A program made the position numbers and the translations under genes. A model generated the notes under the pieces. It was not told where the DNA came from. It saw only the letters and a list, made by a program, of their open reading frames with translations, and searched no databases. Below are positions 30,425 to 43,500 of a stretch of DNA of 64,000 bases, in pieces. How positions within the stretch are numbered: the first letter of the stretch is position 1; each line of letters opens with the position of its first letter. The stretch comes from Callorhinchus milii (lineage: Eukaryota): positions 108,378,001-108,442,000 of the forward strand of contig NW_024704742.1 of assembly GCF_018977255.1 (NCBI RefSeq), given 5' to 3'.

Positions 30425-33400
30425 GGAAGTTATATCCGTGTGTATATCAGGTAAGGAGAAGACTGGCTGTGCCATCTCTAAATTATCTGACCTTCGCTAT
30501 GGACTTATGTGTGAAGAATGGTCATATATGCAAGGTACAGGGGGCACCTAAGGAACCACAACATAGGCTGATTCAGTGCCTTCAGGAGGAAAGAAAATAT
30601 AGATGAGAGCATTTAGACCACGGGATTCACTCAAACAGACCACACAACATCTCTAACCACGGATCTACTTCTCTATTTTTTAAACTGCTAAATTTGTTTC
30701 TGACTGAAAAGTATTTATTTAGATTTACAATGTCCCATTATTTAGCCTATCCAACTGCTGTCCACATATGACATTTTCATGGTCTCGACATCACCGTGAA
30801 CTGTGTTCATTCATAATTTCTTGAAATGTCTATGTTTACCTCAAACCTGTTTCTATTACAGTATATATTCAACCTATCCTTTTTTGAAGGAATTAATTTT
30901 AAAGTTGAAAAGTTCACATTGTACACATTGCAGAAATGCAGAAGCTGACATAATAATCAAATTAGTGCAAGAATTCCTCCTTGAGGATCCCCTCCTTGTA
31001 CCACTTCTGTCAAATAAATTCATCTGAAACCGTTAGTGTAAAAGTTAAAGTTGTACATTAATGGTCTCATTGGCATACTAGTGTTTCAAAGTCCAACGTT
31101 CATCCTTCTTTTAAATCCTGTGCAGTATGTCATTTGTTTTGAAGGAAAGATGCCTAAAAACTATTTGTTTGCAATATTGCAAATAACAACAACAACTTGC
31201 ATTTATATAGCACCCTTCATGCAGGGTAGCTTCCCAGAGAGCTTTGCGTGATTTTACTTATGATTTATGATAGAATAACATGTTTAAGCTAAGATAACGT
31301 TTCAATTTATAACCAACTTATAACCCTTGAGTTGTCCCCAGCATATGATTAACCTTGTTGTTTATAGCTTTACTTATTTTGCAAATTTTCATGACTAATT
31401 AATTCTCATTTCCAATACTTAAAAAAAATCATAAACTTTGAAAAACCCTTCCAGAATAAAGTAACTACTTTTGATAAGAAATGGTGTTGGTGATATGCAC
31501 ATTTTTCAATATAATTTATACATTTCGTTTCTAAAGTATTGACCAAAACAAAAAGACAATTGCAGAATTACTAAACCTAGTTTACGTAATTATTTTGTCC
31601 AAAAATATTATTTGCAAATCGCAAGATAAAAAATTGAGGCCTTGGAAGCATTTTAAAATAAAGCCATATTTTCTACTCCTGATCAACACAGTAAGTTCTG
31701 TTAGATTTTGGGTGCCATATATTCAGGCTTAGCTGTGGATCTTCCACATTACCCCATGGAACAGTCTTGTTAACATTGGCAGATTAGACTGAGACATGAA
31801 GAATGGGCATTTTATTGAGGAACAGGTAAATCACAAGCATCCCTGAAACACTAAGTGCAGCATAATTCAGCACATTCAGGAGCTGAGAGAGAAAAGGGGG
31901 GAAATGTTAAATAATTTTTAACATTAATCTCAAAAGAAATCATACTGTACATTTAATGTAGGATTAATTTACTTGCTCCAAACTATGGGAATGAACAAGT
32001 ACTAACCACATCCAAGACCTAATTTGCACCTTCCACAAATACTCACTATTACAAGATCACAAGATTAGTTCGGTGAAGAAGGTCCTTCGGGCCATTTTAA
32101 CTTCATCCTTCCAGAATTGTTCACACTAGTGTCCTACAGGAACATGTTGGGACCCTGGAATAGAGGAGTCTTTGCTGTGTGCTGCCTCTGTTTACCTGAG
32201 GCTCAGGTGTCGCCTGGGAACCCAGGGCTCTGGCAGTCTACCATTGTAGGCAACAACACAAGCAGGAAAGGGGAACAACAGTAACCATGGCAGACAAGCT
32301 GGAGAGTCAAATACACAAAGTGAGTCAATAACAGGAGGGATCAGCTTCTTACAGGCAGAACATAGAGTTACAGCAGCAGCTGGGGCTGCCGAGGAGGTTC
32401 CAGTTGCTGTGGAGACTCTGCTCTCACTCTCACTCAGGTTGGCAGAAATTATCATATGCTTGTAGCCCAAAGTCAATCAATCACTAGCCCCAAAGTAGCC
32501 CAATATTAAGCATGACCTCCTATGCATAGCAGAGTAGCTTACAGTGATTTAGGTTTGTGCTTTTGAAACTCTATAAGAAAAGGTCTTCATAGGAAAGCAA
32601 CGTTTTGCAGGTTTAAATTCTTTTTTTAATTCGGCACTGCCCAAAGCTGTACAGTACAATAAAAACACGTCCAATTAGGTTGTAACCCAAGAGTATCCTA
32701 TTGTATTGTCAAGATTTCTCAAAGCACTTCACAAGATTTTACTGTAAGGTAAAGTGACTGTATTTGCAAGTGAATGTGGAGCCAATGAAGCCATGAAGCA
32801 AATGAACAATTTTTATCTGGGAGATTGTTGCAACTCCCAGCTGGTTTCACATTTTTACCTTCCACCTGAACACAGGCAGACAGACAGGACCTCAGTTTAA
32901 CGTCTTATCCAAAGGACGGCACCTCAAACAATGCAGCGTTCCTCCTGCATTGTTAACTACACCTTGAGCACTGCAAGTCCCAACGTGTGGCCTGACCCAC
33001 AATCTCTGACTTGAATGTTAACAATTATTGGATTGGAGATTTTGGCAGACATCTGCATTATGAAATAATGTAAGATAATAGATTGCAATGTGAAATAATC
33101 CTCATAATAGACTAAAATAGTGAAATATAGAGTTATATTTTAACCAGGGCCCAGGTCAATCTTTAATGTTTATTGAAGTAAGACTCTTCAGTAATTGGCT
33201 GCGCACAGTATCTCCCCCTTCCCTTGAACATTCATAAGGAATATCCAGACAGAAATATCAGCCTGTCTGGGACTTGAATTACTATAAATTTGGCTGGAGG
33301 AAGGGGATAAATGAAGGCAAACAGCAACCAGGCAAGTCTAGTGAATTACTTTTTTTCTACGTTCATATATCCACAATAGCAAAGCTACAGAGTATAAGAT

Positions 33401-34839
33401 GGGTATGGTGAAACACTGCAAGATGGAGAAGGAAATACACAAGATTAAAAACATTACAAGTTAGATTCAACTGAAAAAATAGCAAAGAACATATAACCAA
33501 GGATTGTGTGAATAAATAGCCACAGTATGTTACTATTTACAGAAATATAAAAGCTTCCTTTTAAGGAGTTTGCATCAAGGTTCAGGACTTTGAAGGGAAA
33601 TTGGAGAAAAAGGAAATGTAGGAAATGACTTGGTCCCAGAGATGTAAGGCTGTAATTTAATGAAGTGGTTCTGACAAGGTCATAAACTTTTAACGAATTT
33701 GAGCATTTACAGAATCTGCAGATCAAGTTACATCATTGGACACAAAGCTAGAAACTTCTCATTCAACATAAAAGGAATAATTTAAACAGCAACAAGTTTT
33801 CTGTCTCACCATTACCCCATTGGATGGGACAACAGTGTATAGTAGATTGTTCAAGTGTAACCCAATATTTTTACATTGAGAAGTATATTTCTGCAGCCGA
33901 TTTCAGAAGTTCACTCATACTAATAGTCCTTATCCTCTCCTGTTGACTTGGATTCTAGATCAGGGTTCCCATATGTGACACTTAAACCATCTGCAGAAAT
34001 TTCCACTGCCTCTCTTGTGATCAGAGACACTGTTAAAGAATCTTCTGCTCTAAATTGCTAATGTTGGAAGCAAAGCACCTTCAAGGCTAGCCATATAAAT
34101 GCACAATAGAGGTCACTCAAGAGCCAATTTCATTGTGATTTCACAGATTATTTTAACCTTTACTGTGGAGTACAATAGGAATTGAGATTTCCATTATATC
34201 CCTCAAATCATGTTTGCCTACATAAACTATACTTTTTAATTGCTTGCGAAGCATTTGAAAGCATTTTGACATGAAAAGACACAATAAAATATACATTCTT
34301 CTACACATTTACATTATAATGTCCCTTCCGGACACTTAATTCCAGACAAATATGTACGTTAGAATGTTACTTGAAACCCATGTATCAATGATGCAGTACA
34401 TTCAGACAAAATACATTGCAGGACATAGGTCATACCAGCTGATTAGAAATACTGTACCACACTACTCAATTGTCAAGACTAGAGATGATCACCGAATAGT
34501 GTTGTTTGCAGAATGCTCCTGTGGTAATCAGGACGAAAGGAAGAGATAAGTAGGGCATCTCTGTGTCTAAGGAGATATGTATGACAAATCCAAGGCAAGG
34601 TCAAATATTGACTAACTTCTATCTGAGATTTACTAGTCCTCAACCTTGCACATCAAAGCTCTGATGAGTAAGGGTGGTTCCAGCTGGATAGGTGCCACGA
34701 AACGTAGCAGTGTTTTGTACCGGTAAGATGGCATGTACATTTTAAATTGTATAGAATAGCAATTATTTAAAGTGCTTAATTGAAATATACATAACAAAAT
34801 AGACCACTTAACTAAAACATAAGGAGATAAGTGTGAGCT

Positions 34840-35260
34840 TGGCTGAGTGGTAGCACTCTTGTGGGTCCAATCCTTGGAATCACAGTCTAAGCTGACACTC
34901 CAATCCAACGCTGGGGGTGTATTTCATTGTCGGAGGTGCTGTTCTTCAGATGAAATGTTAAACCGAGGTCCCATCTGCTGTTTAATTGGTTATTAAAAGA
35001 TCCCATAGCACTATTCGAAAAGAGTGACTCCCGGTGCCCTGGTCACTAAATCCCTCAAATAAAATTGATCACTCATTTCATGGCTGTTTGTGGGACTTTG
35101 TTGTGCGCAATTTGGCAGCTGCGTTTCTCCCATCGCTGGAGAATTGCTAACATCCATAAAATACAAAGGCAATCCACTTTACAATATACCCTGTGATGTG
35201 CTTTGAGACATCTTGACGATGTGTTGAGGCGCTATATCAAATGCAAAGATTATTATCATT
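34840..35260 (+). mobile_element. Older Deu-type SINE (SacSINE-like), near full length
   Basis: cattgtcggaggtgct...gttaaaccgaggtcccatctg...aaagatcccatagcactattcgaa followed by the shared core and tail; related copies near 12270-12610 (-), 22887-23125 (+), 32690-33010 (-) and 41390-41660 (-). Confidence 0.7.
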
Positions 35261-37403
35261 AAAGATTACAAAATACACATAAGCCAAATTTCCAGAGTAA
35301 TTTATTCAGAAATGTCATTATAATCAAATACACTTAGTTCTACCTCACAGAAATGCACCACAGTGGTTTTGCATTGCATGCCTTGTTTTCAGTGCGGTTA
35401 CAAGCAAATAGGCTGAAATATAATGAAATGTATTTATCTCTTAGGGGCGGGGGAAAGAAAAGTAACAGCAAAACAGTTTTCTCATGGTTTCTAACAGTCC
35501 TCACTAATTATCAGCAAATATTGTGCAATTGTACAAGCTTAAAAGAATACAAACTAAACAAACTATTAAGGAGTTTTTATAATGGTTAAAAGATACAACT
35601 GATTTTTTTCAAAGAGTTTTTAAGATCTGATTTATACAATCCACAGTTCTATTAAAGTCTCCCAAAAATATCTTATCGACTATCAACTTATAGTACTTCG
35701 CTTTTCACTCCACAGCATTAAACTCCTGTAAACCACAAAAATTAAATTAATGATTTACCACTTTACAACCTGAGAGAGAAGCAATGTCAACAGCATCTTT
35801 TTTGAGGCTGCATGAGTAAATGCTCATTATCTTTCCTTTCTCATTTTTAAACCTATTATGAATAAGGCTCCCTTACAAAAATCTTAACTTTCAACACATT
35901 GTGTACAGTAAACCATTGACCAGGTATTTCCAATTCAGCAATGCTACAAAAATGCAAGACCTTAATGAGTAGAAATGTCATAATTCTGAAAACTTGCCAA
36001 TGAAAATTACAAAGAAAACAAAATCGCAGCTGGATCTTCAGAAGAAACAGAGTTAAAGTCACCACATGCATGTAGTTAACTATACTTCTGTACTTCCATT
36101 TCTTGTAATCAGTATTGTTTTCACAAGACTTCCCATTTGGCAATTTACTGAGAACATGATTCTTTACAATACATGTGTCCAACTTGGCTTTCAATTAATG
36201 TCCCACTTTGCACTTCTCAATACAAATTACTAATGAGATCAGTACCTGAGGTTGATATAAGTGTAACGTGGCAAAATTATTTGCAATATTTGCACACTCT
36301 TATAGTTCAAAAGCAACATCTAACTTACATTGTTTTTAAATTTATTCTGCATTTTTGACATTGGATGATTATTGCAGCGATAGCAGATTTACAGTGTAGA
36401 AGTAAAGTACCTTTTTTGACAGGTCACCTTGTGGACTCCACTAAGTGTCAAAGATATAAAGGGGATAATGGATGGCTAGAGTGAGATATAAAGCAGTAAT
36501 TCAGTTGAGTGGTTCTGATAAGATCATAAATTCTGACAGCAAAGTTCAATCTGTCTATCAATATTAGCAGAATTCTGAGACAAAAATTACTGCCATAAAT
36601 GTGGTTGGTGCTCATCACTTTTCTGTATAAGATATACATAACATCTGCAAAAAAACTGGATTCTTTCTTAAACCATCATGCACATTCTGGTGGAGCCAAT
36701 ATGATGTAGGTTATGGAAAGGAAACAAAATGGAAAATGATGTAGAAGTCAAAGATAAATGGTTTCACCTGACTGATACGATTGTATGTAGGTTGAACTCC
36801 GGCAGAATACAGAAAAAGTGCACCATGTACTATAAATTCTGAATGTTGGAAAGGCATATCTGTGCTGTACAAGCTATCCAGTCTTTGCAGACAGTGTCAT
36901 TATGATACTGACAGCCAGCAGCAATAAAGCACACAAAGCACTGCCACAATATTGTAAATCCTAACTGCAAGACATTGCCCTTTACTGTAACACACAATAG
37001 ATCCATGGTACACAACAAATGTAAAATAAAGTTAAATTGTTTTGTAAGCTGGATGTTCTCTCTTTAAACTTTATGTGGCATATATTCTTGACCTTACATT
37101 GGACACTAAATTTATATAAACCAGTAACATACAGTGAGAACATTTAGCATAACACAATTTTTTTTAATACATTCACCCATCACCAGTTTTGGTCTGCAGC
37201 TCCTCACAACTATGTAATAATTACAATTTTGACAAAAACAGGAATTCAGTTGCCCTGAGCTAACTTCACCCCTCCCCAATAGTGCAAACTGATGTTGCAA
37301 TGATAGCTGACCTCATCCTGTTTTATACTACTCCAATTTAGCATCAGTTAGCACATAGGTGTATTCAAATTACCAAAACAAAACAAAAAAGGAATCGTTA
37401 TTT

Positions 37404-37535
37404 CTATAGCCACGTTTTCAGATTATTCAGATTTCTGTCCATCCATTGAATGTTCAGATGAATTAGCTCAAGCGATTCCTGCACAGATTGCAGTTGGGAG
37501 CCCTGGTCTTTCAGCGAGTCAAAAAATGTTTGGAC
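37404..37535 (-). CDS. LNPEP: LNPEP last coding exon
   Basis: [43 protein letters not shown] then TAG. Confidence 0.93.
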   Translation of the reverse strand, partial: VQTFFDSLKDQGSQLQSVQESLELIHLNIQWMDRNLNNLKTWL

Positions 37536-40500
37536 CTGGGTGAAAAACAAAAATTTTAACAGAACAAATTAAACAACCAATTCAATAATCTTTAGAAATA
37601 GTTTCTCTTTTAGCAGCTGCTCAATTTCACATCCTTGCCTACTTTTATGCATGGGTTCAAAAAAACCCTGTATCCAATAATCAATCTCCAGGCTGATCTC
37701 AAAGCGAGACTTTGAAATATACTCTGCATTTAAGGTTGCTCTTTCAAGTTCATGACTGTCAAAGTTTAATTTTTTTTGACATTGCATTAGGTCACAAAAT
37801 GTACAGTCAATTCACTTTCAGTATATTCTGTGAAGCGCTTTGAGACGTCTCGAAGACGTGATAAGGCGCTATATCAAATGCAAGGATTATTATTATTAGC
37901 CACAGAGTCATATAATTCTACACCGAATGGAGGTCAGCTTGGAATTGTTAGAGGCTACTTACTTGTCCACCCTCTTAAATGAGGGAATGTTAGAATAGGA
38001 GGAGAAAGAAAGGCAGGGAAATACTGAAATGGATATTACTGGGAAAATATTATTTTGAGTGAAGATTTGAGACAGCCCGCCACTTTCTAGGTATTTACTA
38101 ACAGTAACCTAAGGGGTAGAGCACATATTTTCCAATTGAAACACTTCATCCTGTCCAGTACCTTCTGGCAAACCAAATGCACAAGTGGATTTATGCTGTT
38201 GGCCATAGATATGAGGTACACCTCCCACTGAATCGTGACCAGTCATCAAATTTAGCACTTACCTTGAGTTCCATAACATATACAGAACCCCATCAAGTAA
38301 TTTGACAGAGGCTTGAGTGAGTGCCTTCTGCTGTGAATCATAGAATAACGTCATGAGACTTACAGTGCAGGAGGCCAATCGGCCCATTAAATCTGCACCA
38401 GCTATCAGAGCAACAGAATTCTATGATAAATTCTATGGTATTCTGTACGAAAGAATTTTCTGATTGCTGAAATGTAATGATTTCAATAAAGTATCACTAT
38501 AATACTAATAAATGTAACTAATATATTAGTGTAATATTACTCTTTTTTCAGTGCATGAGCAAAGAACATCTGTAACCACTCAGCAAAAATGGACTGGCTT
38601 CACCAGACTGACCAAGGGTTAAAGTTAAATAACAAGTATGACTAATCTAGCAGCAAAAGGAAAGTAAAATGGTATATCAGTTAGTCACATAGTTGATATT
38701 TTGGTTTTCAGAATATTTTCTATTCCTAATTCCTAATCCTACTAAAAATACCCTTGGCCAACTTTTCATCCAGAAAATATACCTTTGCTTTACATGTTTC
38801 ATATAACCACAGATATAGGATTCCTCACTGGTGTCTGGACTGTAAACTGAACTGATTATAATTTACCTTCCAGTTCTGCTTTCAACAACTAAACACACAA
38901 TGTATTTTGAAAGAAAACATGTTCCTCTTATTTAGTCCAGCCCCAATGCCACATACAAATTTTGAACCATCCACTCAGGAATTTTATGCATCATCACATT
39001 CAGGTCATTGTTATTGCATACTCTAAAGATAAAATTCTTTCTTAAATTGAAACAAGGTTACATTCAAATTCTGGTCAAATCTACAGATAGTGTCTCTGGC
39101 AATATGTGATTATAATGGGGAAGTCCTAGTCGTAGCTGAAATCACCAAATGCGATAAGTCTAACACCAACTAGAATTTAGACCTCTAATGTCTACAGGCA
39201 CGGTTAATAATCTCCAAACCTTTTATAACCACTGACCTCTAACAGGTGCATTTTTGTTGAAAACTGTGTTGTTTCAGTGATAATCTTCTGCAAAGCAGAC
39301 GACCCAAGATGAAATCTATAATAAAATAAAATCAAAATGAAATACGTAAATGTTATAATTCATTCCAATAAGAATACTTACAAATAGTAATTCAAATCCC
39401 TTTTGTCAAGGTGCAAATTAAATTATAGGAGAGCTTCTCCTGGGAAACCCCGAATAAATATTTAGAATTATATTCTCTTTCTCAAATCACTCAGAATTCT
39501 GCTTCATAACTATAATAGCATTTATTTGTAACATAGTCACCTTATTTCACAGTAACACACCTATAGATTAAAGTTTCTTATACAGAGAATTACATTATCA
39601 TTATTCTGCTATAATCATTGCCAGTATAATGAAATTCTCTTAAGTTTCCATTTACCTATCTATAGCAATGTGTTCTATTCATCTATCTATTGCATTAGCT
39701 TAGTAAAAAGAAAATGGTCAATTGCCTTTAAGTGAGAAGGGCAGAAGAGAGACACAATTAATGAAAAATATGAACAGGAACTTACTTTTTAACTAAAGGA
39801 TCCCATTTTTCTTTAACAAAATCCCAGGTGTGGAGGTATCCAACTACATTTTTGCTTGCAATGTCAAGGATGTAGGGCAATTCATGTGCCTTTATTATAT
39901 TATTGCTCAAACTATTTTGCAATAACCTAGGAAAGAAAGAAAATAAATATCCTGTTCACATTTGCAGGTCAGTATCTTGTTGGCTTCAATACTTCAACTG
40001 GGAAGGGTTGAGCTCCATATATATTAGCCTGTTAGAACCATAACATGATCTTAATAATTTCAGAAATTTAAAAACTGTCCTCCAAACTGGGTTATATTTG
40101 TTTAACTGAAGGTCTGGTTGGTCAATTATAACTTTTGTCTAATTTTCAACCAAGCATCCATCTTTGGAAATCACCCAATCATTAATCTTAAGAATATAGT
40201 TTTCTCGCTCAAATATTGATTGGATCATTATGCATTTCCAGAATACTGTTTCTAATTTATTTTGTTCGGTCAACTTTTGAAATACTTGTTCAAACAGTGA
40301 ATGTTGCTGACATTTCTGAAGGCTTCCACTATCGGGTTCAACCCCAAAACTGCATCCAAAGAAGGAGGAAAAATGTGTTTGTTTTTTACTGCCTAGTGAC
40401 CTGCCAATCTGAATCATAGAAATTACAATACAAAAGGAGGCCATTCTCCCATCAGGCTTTTAGTTCCTCACTGGAGCTTTCTATTCTAATTCCTAATCCC

Positions 40501-43500
40501 TGCTCTTTCTCTGTACTCTGTAATACTGTTTCTCCAAAAATATTTACCCAATTCCCTTTTAAGTTAATGATCTTAGTCCAATAATGCACAAAGAATGCAT
40601 GAGCTCAAATGTTATATTTTATGTTCAGAATATAGTTGGTAAAATATGATGTTCTAAATATAAATGAATGCACCAACATTTAGCATTGTGTTATACCAAT
40701 AGGATTAATAGAATATGGAAGCCCATTTGGAAGCCATTAAAGAAGAATCTTTCTTTAAGGACGAATGCAGTCTCATATGCTCTATATCCCTCCAGAACTC
40801 AAATCTGTAGCAATCAGAAATAAGCCAGTAATCTTTCTATATTTGGAATGCTGAAGGGCATCAAAATAAACAAGGGATGTTCTCAATATTATATTCAGGC
40901 CTGGGTGTGAATAGTCTCATTTGTCAGAAATAATAAAGAACATTGTTTAACAGTGTAATTAAATGCTTGTTCAATTATTTTATTCTCATTAGCTTTTAAT
41001 GGATATGCAATCGTGGCGTGGTATCAGTTACATTCACATCAATTACCGTTTTCACAACGTGTTTCTCACATTCATTTACATGATTGTTTATTTTACCATC
41101 GCAGTTTCTAGGCATGAGAATGCATGGTAGAGATGGTGTTCTACAAACCAGACCAGCTGTTTGACGTTTTCGGTGTTTGCCAAAGCCATCAGGATTTTGT
41201 GTTTCTCTGAATCCAACTGCAAATGAGTGTACACCTTCAGAGAGAAATCCCAACCCTCTGAGGTACGAGATCCAATCATGAAGACTGTGCTTATGAGGTC
41301 CGTAGGTAAGCTGAAATTGCAAATTAAAACAACATTGAACACGTGAAAAACTGAAGAGCTGTGAAAGTTAATAAGATGTGGAGACGTTATAATAATAATC
41401 CTTGTATCAATTATCCTTGTACAGCTTTCACACTGGGACCTCTATGTCCTGTAGGAGTCTTTAATGTCTGCCGACATATTCAAGTGGGACCTTGGTTTGA
41501 CATCTCATCTGAAGGGTGACACCTTGAACAATGCAGAGCTCCCCCAGTACAGTAATGGGGTGTCAGCCTAAACTGTGAGTTCAAAGTCTTGATGCGGGGC
41601 TTGACCTTGCAACTTCCTAACTCAGAGGTGAGAGCTATCAAGTCAACCAGACTGACACCAAATTATCTATGCAGACCAGCTAAAGTAAATGTTGGGAAAC
41701 ATTGGAAACTATGGAACCTCAAAATAAGGAGTGAGCATAAAAAGTTGTATTTTAAGGTTTAATTTTACTACAAAAGACATGTTGAATTAGTGCTCATAGT
41801 CGAGACACAAGAAAATAAATAGCCTGGATTCGTATTGCTGACTCCTCAATATGTTTGATGAGGTACAATACAATATCTATGAAGCGCTGTTCATGTCAGG
41901 AGGATGTTTCAAAATGCTTAACACAGCTGGCTGGTTAACTGAGTTAAGATGGATGCGGGCGAGAGTAGGAGGAGGACACACACAGATAAAGAGGGCAGGT
42001 GGTGGGGAGGGACACATGATCAAAAGCATGGTCAAGGAGGTAGGTATTAAGGCAAGTATTGAAAATAAATAGAATATTGTTATGGTAGGAAACAGTGAAT
42101 AGGTGTTCACTACAACTCATAACTAATAAAAGTACTATGTTGATACATAATGTGTCAGTGAAAACCCCAATGCAGGAGGATGATAACCATATAGGTGAAC
42201 TGGTTACTTACAAGTCTGTGGATTGCAATTTTGTCCAATTGTTAAATAGTAAGGTTGCATTCTGGATGCATTCATTATAGTCATAATTGCAAGCAGCAGA
42301 AAGAAGTGTGGAACGAAGTTGTCGTTCAGAAAATGATCCATTGTCACTCCAGGTTTGCTTATCGATCAGCTTTCCAAATAAGTCAAAGACGTTTTTCTAA
42401 AAACACAAAGATATATTTAGTCTAAGCAGTCCGCCCTAAATTAAGTCTTAATGGTTATTCTGAACTCGTATTTAACATTTTCTTTTCTCAAATACCACAC
42501 AAAACACTGATTATTCATCACAAATGTAACTGTTGGACCACCCCGCATTCAGATACTCAGATACTGAATTAATATACATTTGATACAATTAGAATTAGCA
42601 TTTTTTCTATGTTACTCTGCATGTGGCCCACAGAGGTCGGGGGGAGCAAGGCCATGGAGGGATTTGAAGGTGAGGACCAGGATCTTAAACTCTATCCTCT
42701 GTGTGATGGGAAGCCAGTGGAGTCGGGCGAGGATGGGTATGATAGGGTCACAGAGCCTGATGCGGGAAATGACACGGGCTGCAGAGTTCTGGATGATCTG
42801 CAGTCTATGGAGGGAGGAGTTGGGGAGACCGACAAGCAGGGAGTTTGCATAGCCAAGCCTTGATGCTATGAATGCATGTATGAGGGTTTTGGTGGCCTGT
42901 GGTGTGAGACAGTGGTGGAGCCGGGCGATGTTGCGGAGGTAGGGGAAGGCAGAGCGAATCATGGCACGGATGTGAGGTAGAAAGCATAGTTGAGGGTCAA
43001 ACAAGATGCAAGGTTCCTGATTGGCTTAGTAAGGTGGAGTGTGCATCCATGGATGGTGATGCTGTCAGCGCCTGAGCTGTGGAGGTGCTGACCGCAGCCA
43101 ATCAGGAGAGCCTCGGTCTAGTTGACGTTCAACTGAAGAAAGTTAGCTCTCATCCAAGACTTGATGTCTGACAGACATTCTGTCAGGACAGCAGTGGTTC
43201 CTGGAGTCAAGGGTGGAGCCAGAGAGATAGAGTTGGGTGTTATCCACATACATTTGGACGTTGGCTCCATGTCTGCAGATAATGTCACCAAGAGGGAGCG
43301 TATAGATGTTAAAGAGTATATAGATGTGGAGTCCTGTAGCTCAGTGGTTAGAGCACTGAGCTACATAGATGTGGAGTCCTGTAGCTCAGTGGTTAGAGCA
43401 CTCGCTTTGCAATCGAGAGACCTGAGTTCAATTCCAGGCAGAGGGCGAAACCTTGGGCAAGTTTCCTTACTCCACACGCCTAATAATAATCCCTCCAAAA

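Noticed and set aside
33560..33595. KEFASRF-like hAT transposase remnant
   Set aside because: Too short, needs a frameshift, and has no supporting motifs nearby.
35856..36194. 112-aa minus-strand ORF downstream of the LNPEP stop
   Set aside because: Non-ATG start, no recognisable motif; probably 3' UTR or intergenic.
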